Source: an uncultured Eubacteriales bacterium (GTDB taxonomy: Bacteria; Bacillota; Peptococcia; Peptococcales; SKKY01). From it: 52,905 nt of DNA. The position numbers were made by a program, and so were the translations under genes. Under the pieces are notes generated by a model. That model was not told where the DNA came from, ran no database searches, and saw only the letters and a program-made list of their open reading frames with translations. The stretch covers positions 1-52,905 of the forward strand of contig CAZUPR010000003.1 in the NCBI GenBank assembly GCA_964622305.1. Direction: 5' to 3'. Positions 44,054 through 52,905 of this stretch are shown here, piece after piece. The stretch's first letter is position 1; the number at the start of each line of letters is the position of its first letter.

Positions 44054-45304
44054 GTGGAAGAAATACTAAAAAGAAAAAACATCCTGGGTATTAACGGGGC
44101 AGGAAGGATTGGCAAACTCACCCTCTGGCACCATCTAAATATCAAACACTTTGATTCTTTTGTTTTAAATGCTGGCCGTAAGGTGGGGAATTCTTTTGAA
44201 GATATGGTAAATTACCTGTTGACCGACTCAACCTATGGAAACCTGGATACTTTTTTGTATGGCTATTCAGGGAAAAAAGCTCAGGTGGAAATCCTCAGTC
44301 AGGAAGAAGGGATTTTTTCTGTGGATGGAAGGGAAATTAAAATTCTATCTACGGCCAGAAATCCTAAGGATATCAACTGGCTCAAGGAAGATGTTAAACT
44401 AGTTGTCGACTGTACAGGTGCTTTCTTAGATCCAACCCTGCCTGCCGATGCTCCCAAAGGAAGTTTGCGTGGGCACATTGAAGCTGGGGCTGAGAAAGTT
44501 GTTGTCAGTGCGCCCTTTAAAATTAAGGATAAAACTCTTAAGATTCCTGAAGATGCCGGTATGTTTGTCTACGGCGTCAACCATAACAAGTATAATCCTC
44601 ATAAGCACCACATAATTTCTGCTGCCAGCTGCACCACCACTGGCCTGGCCCATATGGTTATGCCTCTTTTAGAAGATGGGCTGACCAAGGAAATTCTTAC
44701 TGCTTCCATGTCTACAGTTCACGCAGCTACCAACAACCAAAATATTTTGGATGCTGTTCCTGGCGAGGGAAAAAGTGATTTGCGGCGAAACAGGTCTACC
44801 TTTAATAATATTATTCCAACCAGCACCGGAGCTGCAGTTGCTTTAGAGGAAATTCTTCCGGAAATAAAAAAGATCGGCTTTATGGCCGATTCAGTGCGGA
44901 TTCCAACAACTACTTCTTCTTTGATTGCCCTTAACGTTACCTTTAAAACTAAAATTGATCCCGATACTGGCGAGCCAGAAATCAACAGAACTTATATCAA
45001 CGATATTTACCAAAGGGCAGGGCAGGGAGCCCAAAAGGATATGCTGGTCTTTAGCCAAAAGCAAAATGTTTCTGCTGATATTATTGGCTACCAGGCAGCT
45101 GTGGTTATTGAAGGCGTGGAGACCCACACCCGGACAGGCTTTATTCCTATTCAGGCTCATGTCCTAAAAGAACTCGGCCTGGACAGCCAGCTGGATATAA
45201 ATATCCCAGTAACACACGCCAAGATTTTTGGCTGGTATGATAACGAGTTCGGCAGCTATGTAAACTTTATGACCAAGCTTGTCACCTACATCGACGCCAA
45301 CTAA
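44054..45304 (+). CDS. Glyceraldehyde-3-phosphate dehydrogenase-family protein (long, 416-aa paralogue)
   Basis: GTG start 8 nt after GGAGG. GINGAGRIGK NAD motif, catalytic SAASCTTTGLA (Cys codon 44630-44632), STVHAATNNQ, NIIPTSTGAA and WYDNEFGS. Confidence 0.75.
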   Translation: MEEILKRKNILGINGAGRIGKLTLWHHLNIKHFDSFVLNAGRKVGNSFEDMVNYLLTDSTYGNLDTFLYGYSGKKAQVEILSQEEGIFSVDGREIKILSTARNPKDINWLKEDVKLVVDCTGAFLDPTLPADAPKGSLRGHIEAGAEKVVVSAPFKIKDKTLKIPEDAGMFVYGVNHNKYNPHKHHIISAASCTTTGLAHMVMPLLEDGLTKEILTASMSTVHAATNNQNILDAVPGEGKSDLRRNRSTFNNIIPTSTGAAVALEEILPEIKKIGFMADSVRIPTTTSSLIALNVTFKTKIDPDTGEPEINRTYINDIYQRAGQGAQKDMLVFSQKQNVSADIIGYQAAVVIEGVETHTRTGFIPIQAHVLKELGLDSQLDINIPVTHAKIFGWYDNEFGSYVNFMTKLVTYIDAN

Positions 45305-45306
45305 TT

Positions 45307-45353
45307 TGCATTTGGGGACGCAACATTCTGTCCGGACAGAATGTTGCGTCCCC
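45307..45353. repeat. Palindromic intergenic element, copy 4 (between convergent genes)
   Basis: tgcatttGGGGACGCAACATTCTGTCCGGACAGAATGTTGCGTCCCC followed by tttgttt. This is a perfect 40-nt palindrome. The left flank is the reverse complement of the aaatgca flank of copies 1 and 2. Confidence 0.9.
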
Positions 45354-45364
45354 TTTGTTTGATG

Positions 45365-46174
45365 TTAGCTGGAGAAGGAGCTGTGGACCAGCTTCTTGGT
45401 GTATTCTTCTTGTGGATTTTTAAATACCTGGTCAGCTGTCCCTTTTTCGACAATTTGTCCCCGGTTCATTACTATAATCCGGTCAGCCATATAATTTACC
45501 ACCCCAATATCATGGGAAATAAAAATATAGGCTGTATTAAACTGGTCCTGCAAATCTCTCAGCAAGTTTAAAATCTGGGCCTGAACTGACACATCCAGGG
45601 CTGATACCGCCTCATCACAAATAATAACCTTGGGATTTACAATCAAAGCCCGGGCAATAGCCACCCTCTGACACTGGCCTCCACTGATTTCCCCAGGATA
45701 TTTTTCAATAGAGTCTGCCTCCAGGCCAACCTTTTTGATCATCTCAATTACTTTTTCCTGGATTTCTTCCTTATCCTTGGAAATCTTAAGAGTAATAAGA
45801 GGCTCGGCCACCACATCCTTAATCTTAAAATGCGGATTCATTGAGCCCTTGGGATCCTGAAAAATAAATTGCACATCCTTGCGGTAATCGTGATATTCCA
45901 CCTTGCTCATCTTGGAAATATCCTTGCCCTTGTAGAGAACCTGCCCAGAGCTGGCCTCCCGTAAGCCCCCCAATATCTCACCCAAGGTCGATTTACCACT
46001 GCCAGACTCGCCCACCAGACCAACTGTCTCCCCCTCCATAATCTCAAAGGAAACATCATCCAGGGCCCTGAAAAACCTTTTGGGAGTCCCAATTATAGCC
46101 TTGCGTTCGGCAATAAATTCTTTAACTATATTTTCACCCCGCAAAAAGCAGAGTTTTTTCTCATCAGTCATCAT
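45365..46174 (-). CDS. Peptide ABC transporter ATPase (OppF/DppF type)
   Basis: Walker A GESGSGKST, ISGGQCQRVAIARAL, ICDEAVSALD. Confidence 0.85.
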   Translation of the reverse strand: MMTDEKKLCFLRGENIVKEFIAERKAIIGTPKRFFRALDDVSFEIMEGETVGLVGESGSGKSTLGEILGGLREASSGQVLYKGKDISKMSKVEYHDYRKDVQFIFQDPKGSMNPHFKIKDVVAEPLITLKISKDKEEIQEKVIEMIKKVGLEADSIEKYPGEISGGQCQRVAIARALIVNPKVIICDEAVSALDVSVQAQILNLLRDLQDQFNTAYIFISHDIGVVNYMADRIIVMNRGQIVEKGTADQVFKNPQEEYTKKLVHSSFSS

Positions 46175-46183
46175 AAAGGACTC

Positions 46184-47140
46184 CTATAAATCAAAATGGC
46201 ACCTGTAAACATGGTTTTCACTCTCATATCTGTTTTCAACCGGACTGTCACAAATAGGCTGCCTGTAAGGACAACGATTCTTAAAAACACATCCCTCAAC
46301 CGGCACCCTCATATCGGGCACATTGCCTTTAATTTCCTGCAGGCGCTCATCCTTACGAATATTAAGTGAAGGGATAACATTTATCAGAGCCTTGGTATAT
46401 GGATGCTTGGGGTTTTCAAAAAGTGAATCCCTGTCGGCCTCCTCCATAATCTGTCCGGCGTAAACCACCACAATTCGCTCACAATAATACCTGATCAGGC
46501 CAAAATCATGAGAAATCATAATTACTGAGGTATTGTGGTTGTCATTAACAATAGTAAAAAGATCCACCACCTGCCTCTGAATTGTACTGTCCAGAGCTGC
46601 GGTAGGTTCATCTGCAATAATCAATCTGGGCTTATTCATAAAAGCCATGGCGATATTGACCCTCTGTCTCATACCTCCGCTAAGCTGCCAGGACCATGAA
46701 TTAAGAAGCCTGTCTGTATCTCTGATACCAACGGCTGCGACAAGCTTTGCAGCCCTCTCCAGGGCTTCCTTCTCGCCTGCCCCTGTGTGAAGCATATAGC
46801 CATCAGCAATCTGATTTTTTATTTTTATCATGGGGTGAAGATAATTGCCAGTATTCTGCGGAATATAACCAATCTTCTCTCCAGTCTGGGCCCGGATGGT
46901 CTGGTCATCTTCTTTCAGATAATCCATACCCATAACCTCAAACTTCTCAGCCTCCCAGTTAAGTGATTCTGGCAAAAGGTTCATTATAGCCTTGGCAGTC
47001 AGACTCTTACCACTGCTGGACTCGCCAACAAGGCCTAAAATCTCACCTTTCTCCATATTAAGAGAGATATTATTTAAGAGCACCATACCCGAATTAGTTT
47101 TTACAGTCAGGTTTTTAATTTCTATCAATTTTTCCATCAA
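46184..47140 (-). CDS. Peptide ABC transporter ATPase (OppD/DppD type)
   Basis: Walker A GESSSGKS, LSGGMRQRV, IADEPTAALD, plus the C-terminal oligopeptide-ATPase extension (CVFKNRCPY). Confidence 0.85.
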   Translation of the reverse strand: MMEKLIEIKNLTVKTNSGMVLLNNISLNMEKGEILGLVGESSSGKSLTAKAIMNLLPESLNWEAEKFEVMGMDYLKEDDQTIRAQTGEKIGYIPQNTGNYLHPMIKIKNQIADGYMLHTGAGEKEALERAAKLVAAVGIRDTDRLLNSWSWQLSGGMRQRVNIAMAFMNKPRLIIADEPTAALDSTIQRQVVDLFTIVNDNHNTSVIMISHDFGLIRYYCERIVVVYAGQIMEEADRDSLFENPKHPYTKALINVIPSLNIRKDERLQEIKGNVPDMRVPVEGCVFKNRCPYRQPICDSPVENRYESENHVYRCHFDL

Positions 47141-47998
47141 TTAAGACCTCCTGCGAGTGAAAAGATCGTTAAGACCATCACCCAAAAGGTTAAAGCCTAA
47201 AACTGCCAGGGAAATGGCGATACCCGATGGAATAGCCAAATATGGGTACTGCAAAAAGTTTTGCCTGGCTTCGTTAAGCATCAGACCCCAGCTGGCATTT
47301 GGCGGCTGAACACCCAGGCCTAAAAATGAAAGCGAAGTTTCTATCATAATGGCCGATCCAATACAAGCTGTGAAAAGCGTGATCAGTCTGGGCAAAATTA
47401 CCGGCAAATAGTGCTTTAAAAGTAAGCGTCTCTTGCCAATTTCATAACTCCTGGCTGCCTTGATATAAAGGTTAGTCTCTGTATCCAAAATCAGTGAATA
47501 AACCAGTCTGGCAAAAGAAGGTATCATGAAAATACTGATAGCCACAATGGCCCCATCTCTGCCCTTACCAACAACAACAACCATCATCATGGCCAGCAAA
47601 ATACCCGGGAAAGCCATAAGTCCGTCAATAGCCCTCATTATTACAGAGGAGACCCTGCCCTTTAAAATGCCTGCCATCCCACCAAGAAGAGAGCCCGCAA
47701 AGCCCCCTGCTGCAACAGCAAAAAGGCAAACAATAACAATACTCTGCGAACCGTACATAATCCTGCTTAAAATATCCCTGCCAAAATGATCCGTTCCCAA
47801 AAGATACTTTTGATTTAAGCCGGGCGAAATAAATTTTTCATCCAGGTGCATCTCATTGGGTGGATAAGGCATATAAAAGAAAGAAAGCAGACAAACAAAC
47901 AGTACCAGCCCTGTCAAAAGAGAGCCAAGGATCAAATTTACCCTTCTGTTTTTCTTCTTATTAAATTTTTTATTGTTTTTTATGTTAATAGAATCCAT
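47141..47998 (-). CDS. Peptide ABC transporter permease (OppC/DppC type)
   Basis: 285 aa, 6 TM helices, BPD-transporter EAA-like loop (AARSYEIGKRRLLLKHYLP). Confidence 0.8.
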   Translation of the reverse strand: MDSINIKNNKKFNKKKNRRVNLILGSLLTGLVLFVCLLSFFYMPYPPNEMHLDEKFISPGLNQKYLLGTDHFGRDILSRIMYGSQSIVIVCLFAVAAGGFAGSLLGGMAGILKGRVSSVIMRAIDGLMAFPGILLAMMMVVVVGKGRDGAIVAISIFMIPSFARLVYSLILDTETNLYIKAARSYEIGKRRLLLKHYLPVILPRLITLFTACIGSAIMIETSLSFLGLGVQPPNASWGLMLNEARQNFLQYPYLAIPSGIAISLAVLGFNLLGDGLNDLFTRRRS

Positions 47999-48002
47999 GA
48001 GC

Positions 48003-48959
48003 TTATTCCCCCTCCATTTGTGCCCGGATACGGGGATTTAAAAACATGACACCGATATCAACAATTAAAGAAATGATGATAACTAAAAAAGTGACGAAAA
48101 TAACCAGTCCCTGGAGCAGCATAAGGTCTCTCTGTTCAACTGCAATCAACAAAAGCCTGCCCAAACCTGGCAGAGAAAAGATAGACTCTACAACAACAGT
48201 TCCACCCACCAGTTTGGCAAATTGAATACCCATAACATTTATGGGGGCAATAAGGGCGCTTCTTAAGGCATACTTCATATAAATTGTAACCTTAGGCAGA
48301 CCTTTGGCCTTGGCCATATCCATATAATCTTGTCCTAAGGAGTCCAGCATCGACGTCCTGACAGTCCTTAAGAGCATGCCAATTTCCCCAATAGCCAAAA
48401 CCAGACTGGGGAGAAAAATACTATGTATAAAAGGTAAGAATCCTTTTTCAAGAGGCACATAGCCAGTGATAGGAAACCATCTAAGCTTAAGGCCAAAATA
48501 AACTATGCAAAGCATACCAACCCAAAAAGCCGGCACTGATGAGCCAAGCTGCATGAGTCCGGTTATAAAATAGTCAGTCTTGGAATTTTTTTTAATGGCC
48601 GCCAAGGAGCCCAAAAGCAGGGACAAGAAGGAGGCAATAAACATAGAGAAGACTGCAATGGACATAGTAAGAGGCAGTCTCTGTTTAATAAGACTGGTTA
48701 CTCCCTGCCCAAAAAGGTAGGACTGGCCTAAATCAAAATGAAAAAGACCCCTTAACCAATCCCAATACTGTAAGTACCAGGCCCTGTCCAGGCCCAGGGA
48801 TACCCTTAAAGCTTCCAGTTTTTCTGGTGTAGCGTCCGAGCCAAGAATCAGCTGGGCTACATCTCCAGGTATCCATAAAAGTACTGCAAAGGTAATGATC
48901 GAAACAACGAACAATACCTCTGCAGCATGAAAAAAACGTTTGAAAATATAATTTAACAC
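48003..48959 (-). CDS. Peptide ABC transporter permease (OppB/DppB type)
   Basis: 318 aa; GTG start; MLNYIFKRF N-terminus and MAKAKGLP loop typical of OppB/DppB. Confidence 0.8.
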   Translation of the reverse strand: MLNYIFKRFFHAAEVLFVVSIITFAVLLWIPGDVAQLILGSDATPEKLEALRVSLGLDRAWYLQYWDWLRGLFHFDLGQSYLFGQGVTSLIKQRLPLTMSIAVFSMFIASFLSLLLGSLAAIKKNSKTDYFITGLMQLGSSVPAFWVGMLCIVYFGLKLRWFPITGYVPLEKGFLPFIHSIFLPSLVLAIGEIGMLLRTVRTSMLDSLGQDYMDMAKAKGLPKVTIYMKYALRSALIAPINVMGIQFAKLVGGTVVVESIFSLPGLGRLLLIAVEQRDLMLLQGLVIFVTFLVIIISLIVDIGVMFLNPRIRAQMEGE

Positions 48960-48972
48960 TCAAATAGCACCA

Positions 48973-50481
48973 TTATTTAAAATATACATCCTTGTATTCG
49001 TAAATATCAATTGGATATATTCTAAATCCTTCAATATTCTTTGCTAATCCGAAAATTCTATCTGGTGTCTGCAAATAAACAACAGGAACATTTTCAGCCA
49101 GAATAATTTGAATCTCTTCAAAATATTCCTTTTTAAGATCTTGATCAAGCTCTACGGCGGATTTATCTAAAAGTTCATCTACTTCTCCAGTAATATAACT
49201 GATAAAGTCACCACTTTGAGAATGATATCTCTTTAAGAAATAGTGAGAATCAAGTCTGCCGGAAAGACCAACAACACTCATATCGTAGTCCTTGTTAGTA
49301 TAAACATCACTTAACCATTGGCCCCACTCAACTATCTTAACATCAGCTTTGATACCAATTTTGCTAAGTTGATCGGCAATAACCTGGCCAGCATCAACGT
49401 GAAGCTGATAGTTCTTTGGCAGAACCAGCTCTACTTCAAAACCATCTGGATAGCCAGCCTCGGCCAACAAGATTTTTGCCTCTTCAGGATCATAAGGAAT
49501 TACATCATTGGTGTCATAATAGTCAGGATAGTTTACAGGCAAATGAGCTCCCACGCTTGAACCAAAGCCATAAACAACGGCAGAGTTAATGTCATCCTTA
49601 TTAATAGCCATAGCAATAGCTCTTCTTACATTTACATCTTTAAAGATATCTCTGTCTAAGTTCAAAGCCAAAAGTTGAACAGCGTTCATAGGCTCTGAAT
49701 AAATTTTTAAGTTAGCATCTTTTTTTAGTATTTCTACCTGATTGCCCTGGATTTCAACAATGTGAACATCTCCAGTTTGCAAGGCAGCTATTTGTGATGT
49801 TGCATCAGGAATAAGTTTAAATTCAAGCCTATCAACCATTGGAGGGTTGTCGTGATAATCATTATTGGCTGTCAAAATGATATGCTCCTGAGGCATCCAC
49901 TCAACAAACTTATAGGCTCCAGTTCCAACTGGCTTTGATTTTAAATTATCAGCTTCTTCAATAGGAATAATGGCTGTCCATGGATAGCAGAAAGATTTAA
50001 CAAGTTCTGAGTCAAGCTTGGCTGTTCTAAAAACGATTTCATAGTCACCCAGGACTTCGATTTCCTTAATATTAGCATAGTCTTTTGCCTTAGGGCTTTC
50101 ATCTCCCATAAGTCTTTCAAAGCTAAGCTTAACGTCTTGGGCAGTCATCTCACGATTATTATGGAAAAGGACTCCCTCTTTTAATTGGAAAGTAATTTCC
50201 ATACCATCTTCGGAAACTTGATAGTCTTCAACCAAACGTTTTTCAACTTTCCAGTCTGGTGTAACAGTTAAAAGCGTATCATAGATATTTGCACTTACGT
50301 TAAAAGTTGATATTGCTGCTGTTCTGTGTGGATCCAGTCCCTGAGGGTCAGTTGTATAAGCAATCTTAAGAACATCTTCTCTAGGCTCTGAGCTATCTCC
50401 CTTGGAGCAGGCAGTGAAAACCAAAAGCAGACTGACTGTCAAAAACAAAATAGCTAAGTGTTTCTTCTTCATTGGATTCAT
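48973..50481 (-). CDS. Family-5 peptide/nickel substrate-binding lipoprotein (OppA/DppA type)
   Basis: Lipobox VFTACSKG; 502 aa; heads the four downstream ABC genes. Confidence 0.8.
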   Translation of the reverse strand: MNPMKKKHLAILFLTVSLLLVFTACSKGDSSEPREDVLKIAYTTDPQGLDPHRTAAISTFNVSANIYDTLLTVTPDWKVEKRLVEDYQVSEDGMEITFQLKEGVLFHNNREMTAQDVKLSFERLMGDESPKAKDYANIKEIEVLGDYEIVFRTAKLDSELVKSFCYPWTAIIPIEEADNLKSKPVGTGAYKFVEWMPQEHIILTANNDYHDNPPMVDRLEFKLIPDATSQIAALQTGDVHIVEIQGNQVEILKKDANLKIYSEPMNAVQLLALNLDRDIFKDVNVRRAIAMAINKDDINSAVVYGFGSSVGAHLPVNYPDYYDTNDVIPYDPEEAKILLAEAGYPDGFEVELVLPKNYQLHVDAGQVIADQLSKIGIKADVKIVEWGQWLSDVYTNKDYDMSVVGLSGRLDSHYFLKRYHSQSGDFISYITGEVDELLDKSAVELDQDLKKEYFEEIQIILAENVPVVYLQTPDRIFGLAKNIEGFRIYPIDIYEYKDVYFK

Positions 50482-50502
50482 CTCCTAAAACTGAAAATTA
50501 AA

Positions 50503-50534
50503 TAAAAAATAAGCATAGATCATACCATGCTTAT
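50503..50534 (-). terminator. Rho-independent terminator after azlD
   Basis: On the minus strand, ataagcatggtatgatctatgcttat is followed by a T6 run. Confidence 0.6.
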
Positions 50535-50584
50535 TTTAATACATTAAAACACATTTTAATGGCTAAGTCCATTAATTACAAGTC

Positions 50585-50917
50585 TTAAAAAGACAGGGGC
50601 AACCTTAGTAAAACCATGTAAATTACTGTCCCCAAAAGAATGCTTAAAAAAGTATTCTTAAAGCGTAAGTGGAATAAGACTAACAGAAAAACCGTTAAAA
50701 ATTCTGGCAAACCGTATGGGGATATGGTCACCTTGGTATTCCTCAGATTGTAGACTACCAAAGTTATCATAATGGCTGAAGGCAGTACCTGGCCCAGATA
50801 CCTCATGTTTTCAGGTAAATCTCCCTCACCTTTAAAAACAAGAAAGGGGAAGATTCTAATGAGACCGGTTACCAGGGCAATTAAAGCAATGGCTGCATAA
50901 TAGTAATAGGCTGGCAT
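50585..50917 (-). CDS. azlD: Branched-chain amino-acid exporter small subunit AzlD
   Basis: 110 aa, 3-4 TM helices. 1-nt overlap with azlC. Confidence 0.7.
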   Translation of the reverse strand: MPAYYYYAAIALIALVTGLIRIFPFLVFKGEGDLPENMRYLGQVLPSAIMITLVVYNLRNTKVTISPYGLPEFLTVFLLVLFHLRFKNTFLSILLGTVIYMVLLRLPLSF

Positions 50918-51612
50918 CAGGGGCTGACCCTCCCCTCAGAATAAATAATCCTGTCTCTTAAAAAGATAAGGCTAATAAAGCTGACTGACAGGGCTGGCAG
51001 TAGAAATTTGTCCGGCCCTAAAATTACCAAGAAAATTAAGGCACTGACCAAACCAGTTATTGCAGGTAATTTACTCTTGGCCTCCATCCATTGATTAACC
51101 ACTACCACAGTAAAGAAGGCTGTAGCTGAAAATTCTATTCCAGTCATATCCCAGGGAATAAGCTGGCCTGCTAAAGCGCCCAGGCTGGCGCTAAGAACCC
51201 AAAGCATATGGGCAAAAAATGAGATTAAAAAATCAGCCCTCTTAGGATTGACCCTTGGAGGATATTTTGTTGAACAAAGAACTGAAAAAACCTCATCTGT
51301 TAATGTTAAAGCCATATAAGGATAAAATTTTCCCATGCTTTTAAATCTTTCAATAAAGCCTATGCCGTAAAAAATATGCCTGGCATTGATTAAAAAGGTC
51401 ATTATTGCCAATGTGTAAAAAGGAACACCAGCTACCAAAAGTGGAACCATGATTAATTGCATGGATCCGGCATAAACAAAGACAGAAGAAAAAAATGCCC
51501 AGGCCGGGCTAAAACCCTGATCTACCATAAGAACACCAAAAGCTATGCCTACAAAAATATAGGCAAAGCTTATGGGAATAATTTGTTTTATTGCATATTT
51601 TATATCAGTCAA
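50917..51612 (-). CDS. azlC: Branched-chain amino-acid exporter AzlC
   Basis: 231-aa polytopic protein; N-terminus IPISFAYIFVGIAFGVL is typical of AzlC. Confidence 0.75.
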   Translation of the reverse strand: MTDIKYAIKQIIPISFAYIFVGIAFGVLMVDQGFSPAWAFFSSVFVYAGSMQLIMVPLLVAGVPFYTLAIMTFLINARHIFYGIGFIERFKSMGKFYPYMALTLTDEVFSVLCSTKYPPRVNPKRADFLISFFAHMLWVLSASLGALAGQLIPWDMTGIEFSATAFFTVVVVNQWMEAKSKLPAITGLVSALIFLVILGPDKFLLPALSVSFISLIFLRDRIIYSEGRVSP

Positions 51613-51638
51613 AGCCCTGCTCCTTAAGAATGTTTTAA

Positions 51639-52733
51639 CTAATATAATAACTCAATTAGTTTAACTTTTAAAGTTAATATTTTACCATCTCTTTGGACAA
51701 CCACCTCAACGGACTGACCCACCTCTGATTGATCTAGTACTTTTCTTAATTCAGATATCTTATTAATTGCCTGACCCTCAAAGGAAATAATCTTATCTCC
51801 CTGGCGGAAGTAACGACCTTCATTAACTTCTTCAACATAAAGTCCCGTTCCAGGCAAACGATAAATTTCTGCCGTTCTAATATCAGAAATTTCTCTGACA
51901 ACTATACCTAAACCAGGTCTGCCTTTAACATGACCATAATCTGCTAATTGCTCAACAACTTCTTTTACTATATTAGAAGGGATAGCAAAACCCAAGCCTT
52001 CAATATTTGAACCACTGGTCTTTGCATTAACCAGGCCAATTAAGTGTCCCTGGGCATCGAAAAGACCACCACCAGAGTTACCAGGGTTTATTGCAGCAGT
52101 TGTCTGCAAAAGAGTCATAGTCTCATTATCAATCACAATCTCCCTGTCCAGGGCTGAAATAATTCCTTCAGTTATGGTGCCACCAAGCTCGCCCAGTGGA
52201 TTACCCATAGCCACAGCCAGCTGCCCTGTAATAATTTGATCAGAATCACCAAAACTAATTGGTTTTAGGCCTGTCTTTTCTATCTTAAGGAGGGCTATAT
52301 CAGACCGGCTGTCCTTGGCCATCAGTTCTGCCTCAAATTTCTCACCATTTTTAAGTCTGACCGTAATTTTATTTGCCCCATCAATAACGTGATTGTTGGT
52401 AATCAAGTAACCATCTTCAGAATAGACAACCCCACTGCCAGCACCTGAGGAAATATATTGGCCCATAAAGCCACCACGTTCAACGCTTTCGGTAGTTATT
52501 TCTACTACACTTTCAGAAACCTCTTCATAAATTTTAGGAATTTGCCCTAAGTCCTCATTATACTTTTGCGGCAGAAAAGTTTTTTGGCCGCCTTCCTCTA
52601 AAATGCTTTCCTCAAGAGGCAGAGAGTGAGAGTTCATATATAAAAAGGCCCCGCCAAAACCAGCTAAAATTGAAAGCATAATCAGCATAAATATTATCAG
52701 AAAAGAAGAAAATCTTTTTTCACCTAAAAACAT
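51639..52733 (-). CDS. htrA: HtrA/DegP-family serine protease with a PDZ domain
   Basis: N-terminal TM anchor; catalytic blocks TNNHVI, DIALLKI and GNSGGGLF; C-terminal PDZ domain. Confidence 0.85.
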   Translation of the reverse strand: MFLGEKRFSSFLIIFMLIMLSILAGFGGAFLYMNSHSLPLEESILEEGGQKTFLPQKYNEDLGQIPKIYEEVSESVVEITTESVERGGFMGQYISSGAGSGVVYSEDGYLITNNHVIDGANKITVRLKNGEKFEAELMAKDSRSDIALLKIEKTGLKPISFGDSDQIITGQLAVAMGNPLGELGGTITEGIISALDREIVIDNETMTLLQTTAAINPGNSGGGLFDAQGHLIGLVNAKTSGSNIEGLGFAIPSNIVKEVVEQLADYGHVKGRPGLGIVVREISDIRTAEIYRLPGTGLYVEEVNEGRYFRQGDKIISFEGQAINKISELRKVLDQSEVGQSVEVVVQRDGKILTLKVKLIELLY

Positions 52734-52905
52734 ATTCTACCTCCTAAATTTTTCTTTAATTTTAATTAAGAATTATTATCAATTTGTTACAAATATCTTA
52801 AAAGAATGTGTATTTTATTCTTGTTAATTATTATATAATCAATGCGATATGAAATTATTAGAAAGGATTTGAAAATTAATGCAAAGCCAGTTAACAAAAA
52901 AATAT

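Noticed and set aside
44426-45167. Four short ORFs on both strands inside the GAPDH paralogue
   Set aside because: They are shadow ORFs. The + strand frame 44054-45304 carries all the GAPDH catalytic motifs.
35136-45353. Possibility that the repeated palindromes form a CRISPR array
   Set aside because: The copies are 0.6-5.4 kb apart and separated by whole genes. They are perfect palindromes with variable flanks, there are no regular spacers, and there are no cas genes.
52880-52905. Possible start of a + strand gene (ATG 52880, MQSQLTKKY...) at the window edge
   Set aside because: Only 9 codons are visible and the RBS is weak and distant, so this is not enough to call.

Overview
A 52.9-kb chromosomal segment from a low-GC, Firmicutes-like anaerobe. 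It encodes an SLH-anchored surface protein and many acidic proteins; the exact taxon cannot be set without a database search. I support about 55 protein genes, most on the minus strand.

Most of the window is housekeeping:
- a cobalamin-riboswitch-controlled cobalt ECF transporter (cbiQ-O-M-N) and cinA
- a livJHMGF branched-chain amino-acid ABC operon and an AI-2E permease
- a folE-folP-folB-folK folate operon and psd
- an FMN-riboswitch-controlled ribD-E-BA-H operon
- pepF, a five-gene opp/dpp-type peptide ABC operon, azlCD and htrA

Five accessory regions stand out:
1. 22.6-26.1 kb: a translationally coupled three-gene cassette. It encodes an uncharacterised 604-aa surface-anchored protein, a lipoprotein-type polymorphic toxin with a C-terminal LHH/HNH nuclease motif, and a SUKH/SMI1 immunity protein.
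2. 28.26-28.40 kb: a c-di-GMP-I (GEMM) riboswitch with a terminator in front of a dCache chemoreceptor gene. An unannotated 56-aa zinc-ribbon ORF lies next to it.
3. 30.4-34.2 kb: a tightly packed MATE / prepilin-like / radical-SAM / DUF554 gene string.
4. 35.2-39.3 kb: a btuC-btuD-cbiZ-btuF corrinoid salvage cluster whose ATPase carries an extra C-terminal domain.
5. 40.0-45.3 kb: a 1341-aa protein next to a long GAPDH paralogue. The protein carries the ATP-grasp and phosphohistidine domains of pyruvate phosphate dikinase. It lacks the PEP/pyruvate TIM barrel and instead has an unrecognisable N-terminal region of about 850 aa.

Regions 4 and 5 are partitioned by four copies of a near-identical 40-nt perfect palindrome (core GGGGACGCAACATTCTGTCCGGACAGAATGTTGCGTCCCC).

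All calls come from reading motifs by eye; no searches were run.
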